Shown: piece by piece, positions 62,190 through 64,000 of the stretch | Layout of the letters: each line of letters begins with the position of its first letter | How positions within the stretch are numbered: the first letter of the stretch is position 1 | Assembly (NCBI GenBank): GCA_025558095.1 | Contig: JAIVFI010000046.1 | Span: 62,001 to 126,000, forward strand | Source of the DNA: Hyaloraphidium curvatum SAG 235-1 | Lineage: Eukaryota > Fungi > Monoblepharomycota | Length of the DNA stretch: 64,000 bases | Direction of reading: 5' to 3' | Notes under the pieces: generated by a model | What the model saw: the letters and a program-made list of their open reading frames with translations, nothing else | What the model was told of the DNA's origin: nothing | Databases searched by the model: none | Position numbers and translations under genes: made by a program

Positions 62190-64000
62190 ATGGCGCTGAC
62201 TGACCTCCTCCTCGGCGCCGCCGCGCTCGTGGCAGGCTTTTACGTTCTCAAATACCTGTTCTAGTGGGTGGAACCGCGGTTCGGCCGCCGCGAGGCCCGC
62301 AGAGTAACCCACGTTCAATCCGCGTCTTGGCCACCGCGACTCCACAGCCGCCTCTTCCTGGACTTTGGCGATGATATCAAGGCGTGTTCATGGTTCGTCT
62401 GGCGATGTTCCGGCGGTCACTGACGTCCCTCATCCAGACCATCCCCATCATTCCGCTTATAAACTATCCGGAACCCAAGAAGATTCCGATATTCCATCGC
62501 GCCGGACTGGAGCGGATGAAGGAATGGGGTGCGGTCTTCCGGACGGTCAACGTCCTCAAGCCGTGGGACAGGAGTTTCTCGATCGCGGACCCCGTGGGTG
62601 CGGTTGCCCGGGACGCCTTGCCGGTCGACCGACCAGGGCCTTCTCGCCCAGATGCTGCTCAAGGAAATCTTCGTGGGCAAGGACTGGGAGATGTGGCAAC
62701 GCGGGAGCTACATCGGGAAGCCCCACTTCCCCTACACCGAGGGAACTATCAGCGATAAGAGTGGGTCATCGGCCAGAAACAGCGCTGTCCGGACGGGCTG
62801 ATCACCTCGTGCCTCCCAGACAGCAAGCGGTGGCGGGACACCCGGGCCATGTTCGATAGGACATTCACGACGGTCTCGGTCCGCAAGTACACGCCGATCC
62901 TGCTCAACCTGCGCAACACGTTCCTCGAGGTCTTGGCCAAGCAGAACGCCGACCACCCCGAGGGATTCGACTTCTTCCCCAGGGCCCACAACTTGACGTT
63001 CGACGTGATCACTGTTGGTGCTTTGCTCGCCAGTTTCGGTCCGCGCTGACATCCCCTGGCAGCGACTCACTTTCGGCGCCGAGGTCAAGGCCCAGACGAC
63101 CGACGTTGGCCGCGAATATTCGACCCGCTTCGACCGCTGGCTGTCGAACGCGTCCATCATGTCGCTGCTCATCCTCATGCTCGGCGAGTGGTCGCACTTC
63201 CTCATCCCCAAGGCCGTGAAGGAATGGAAGGAGGACGGGGACATGATGTTCGGTCTGCTCCGCGGCGAGGCCGAGCGGGCGAAGCGGGGCGAGGCGCCGC
63301 CCTCCATCCTTGCGGACGCGTACGCGATCTTCAACTCGGAGAAGATGCCCGAGACGATCGACGAGAAACACCTCCAGGCCGCTTTGGTGAGGCGGGAAGG
63401 CGCCCACGATTATTGGGTTCTTGTCCTTACAGTTCTTTCGTCGCCGCGCAGATGAGCATCCTTTTCGCTGGTTCGTGCTGGGCACGGCTGCCCTTCAAGC
63501 TTTACTCACCCGCCATCGCCTTCAGGACACGACACGACGGCTGCCCTCCTCTCCTTCGCCGTGTACGAGCTCTCGCGGCGCCCGGATCTGCAGCGCGCCA
63601 TCCGCGCCGAGGTCCTCGAGGCCGCCGGCGAGGGCGAGCTGTCGAACCTCGAGGTGCTGGAGAAGTGCAAGGTCCTCAACGCGTGCATCAAGGAGACCCT
63701 GCGCCGCTACCCGGCAGCGCCCCACGGCGGCGGGAGGGTGATGGACGAGGACTTTGAGTTCCGCTACACCGACGTTTATGGGCAGAACCGCAGGATCAGA
63801 TTCATGAAGGGCGACAGGGTGAACCCGTTGGTGACTGCCGGCGTTGGAGACCAAACTATCAGCTGAACATTCCATGCCAGCTACATCTATGGGGCGCAGA
63901 ACTACGCCGATTTCTGGGGCAAGAACCCCGACGAGTGGTATCCCGAGCGTTTCTACACGGAAGCAAACGGCGATTCGAAGAACCTGTGGGCCTACGGTGG
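62190..64000 (+). CDS. Cytochrome P450, 3' end outside window
   Basis: N-terminal TM anchor; AG|HDTT I-helix, KETLR (ExxR), PERF. Confidence 0.9.

Overview
Gene-dense, GC-rich eukaryotic DNA with many short (mostly ~50-60 nt) GT-AG introns carrying CTGAC-type branch points. Gene content is fungal and probably from an early-diverging lineage (inference, not a database result). About 25 protein-coding loci can be read. They include a 2OG-Fe(II) dioxygenase/cytosine deaminase/NCS1 permease/amidase group, AP-2 mu, mitochondrial EF-Tu, GGT, an APC permease, an ERG4/24-type reductase, a papain protease, a STEEP1-like protein, a FET-like RNA-binding protein, an SDR, an acyl-CoA synthetase and a P450. 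Four things are not explained by ordinary genes. (1) A mirror-symmetric pair of ~370-bp diverged inverted arms (6180-6565 and 11485-11845), each built from two direct-repeat units, encloses two genes. (2) An intronless bacterial-type FdtD-like isomerase/acetyltransferase sits tail-to-tail with a GT8 glycosyltransferase. (3) A 16.5-kb block bounded by ~210-bp inverted repeats (18937-19147 and 35227-35439) holds decayed ORFs, two intron-containing tRNA-Ile(UAU) genes, a 31-bp tRNA 5'-half copy at the right boundary, a lectin/pore-former-like pseudogene and a giant-virus-like Cys-repeat endonuclease. (4) The first three genes may form a modified-pyrimidine salvage cluster. Exon boundaries were read by eye and are approximate.
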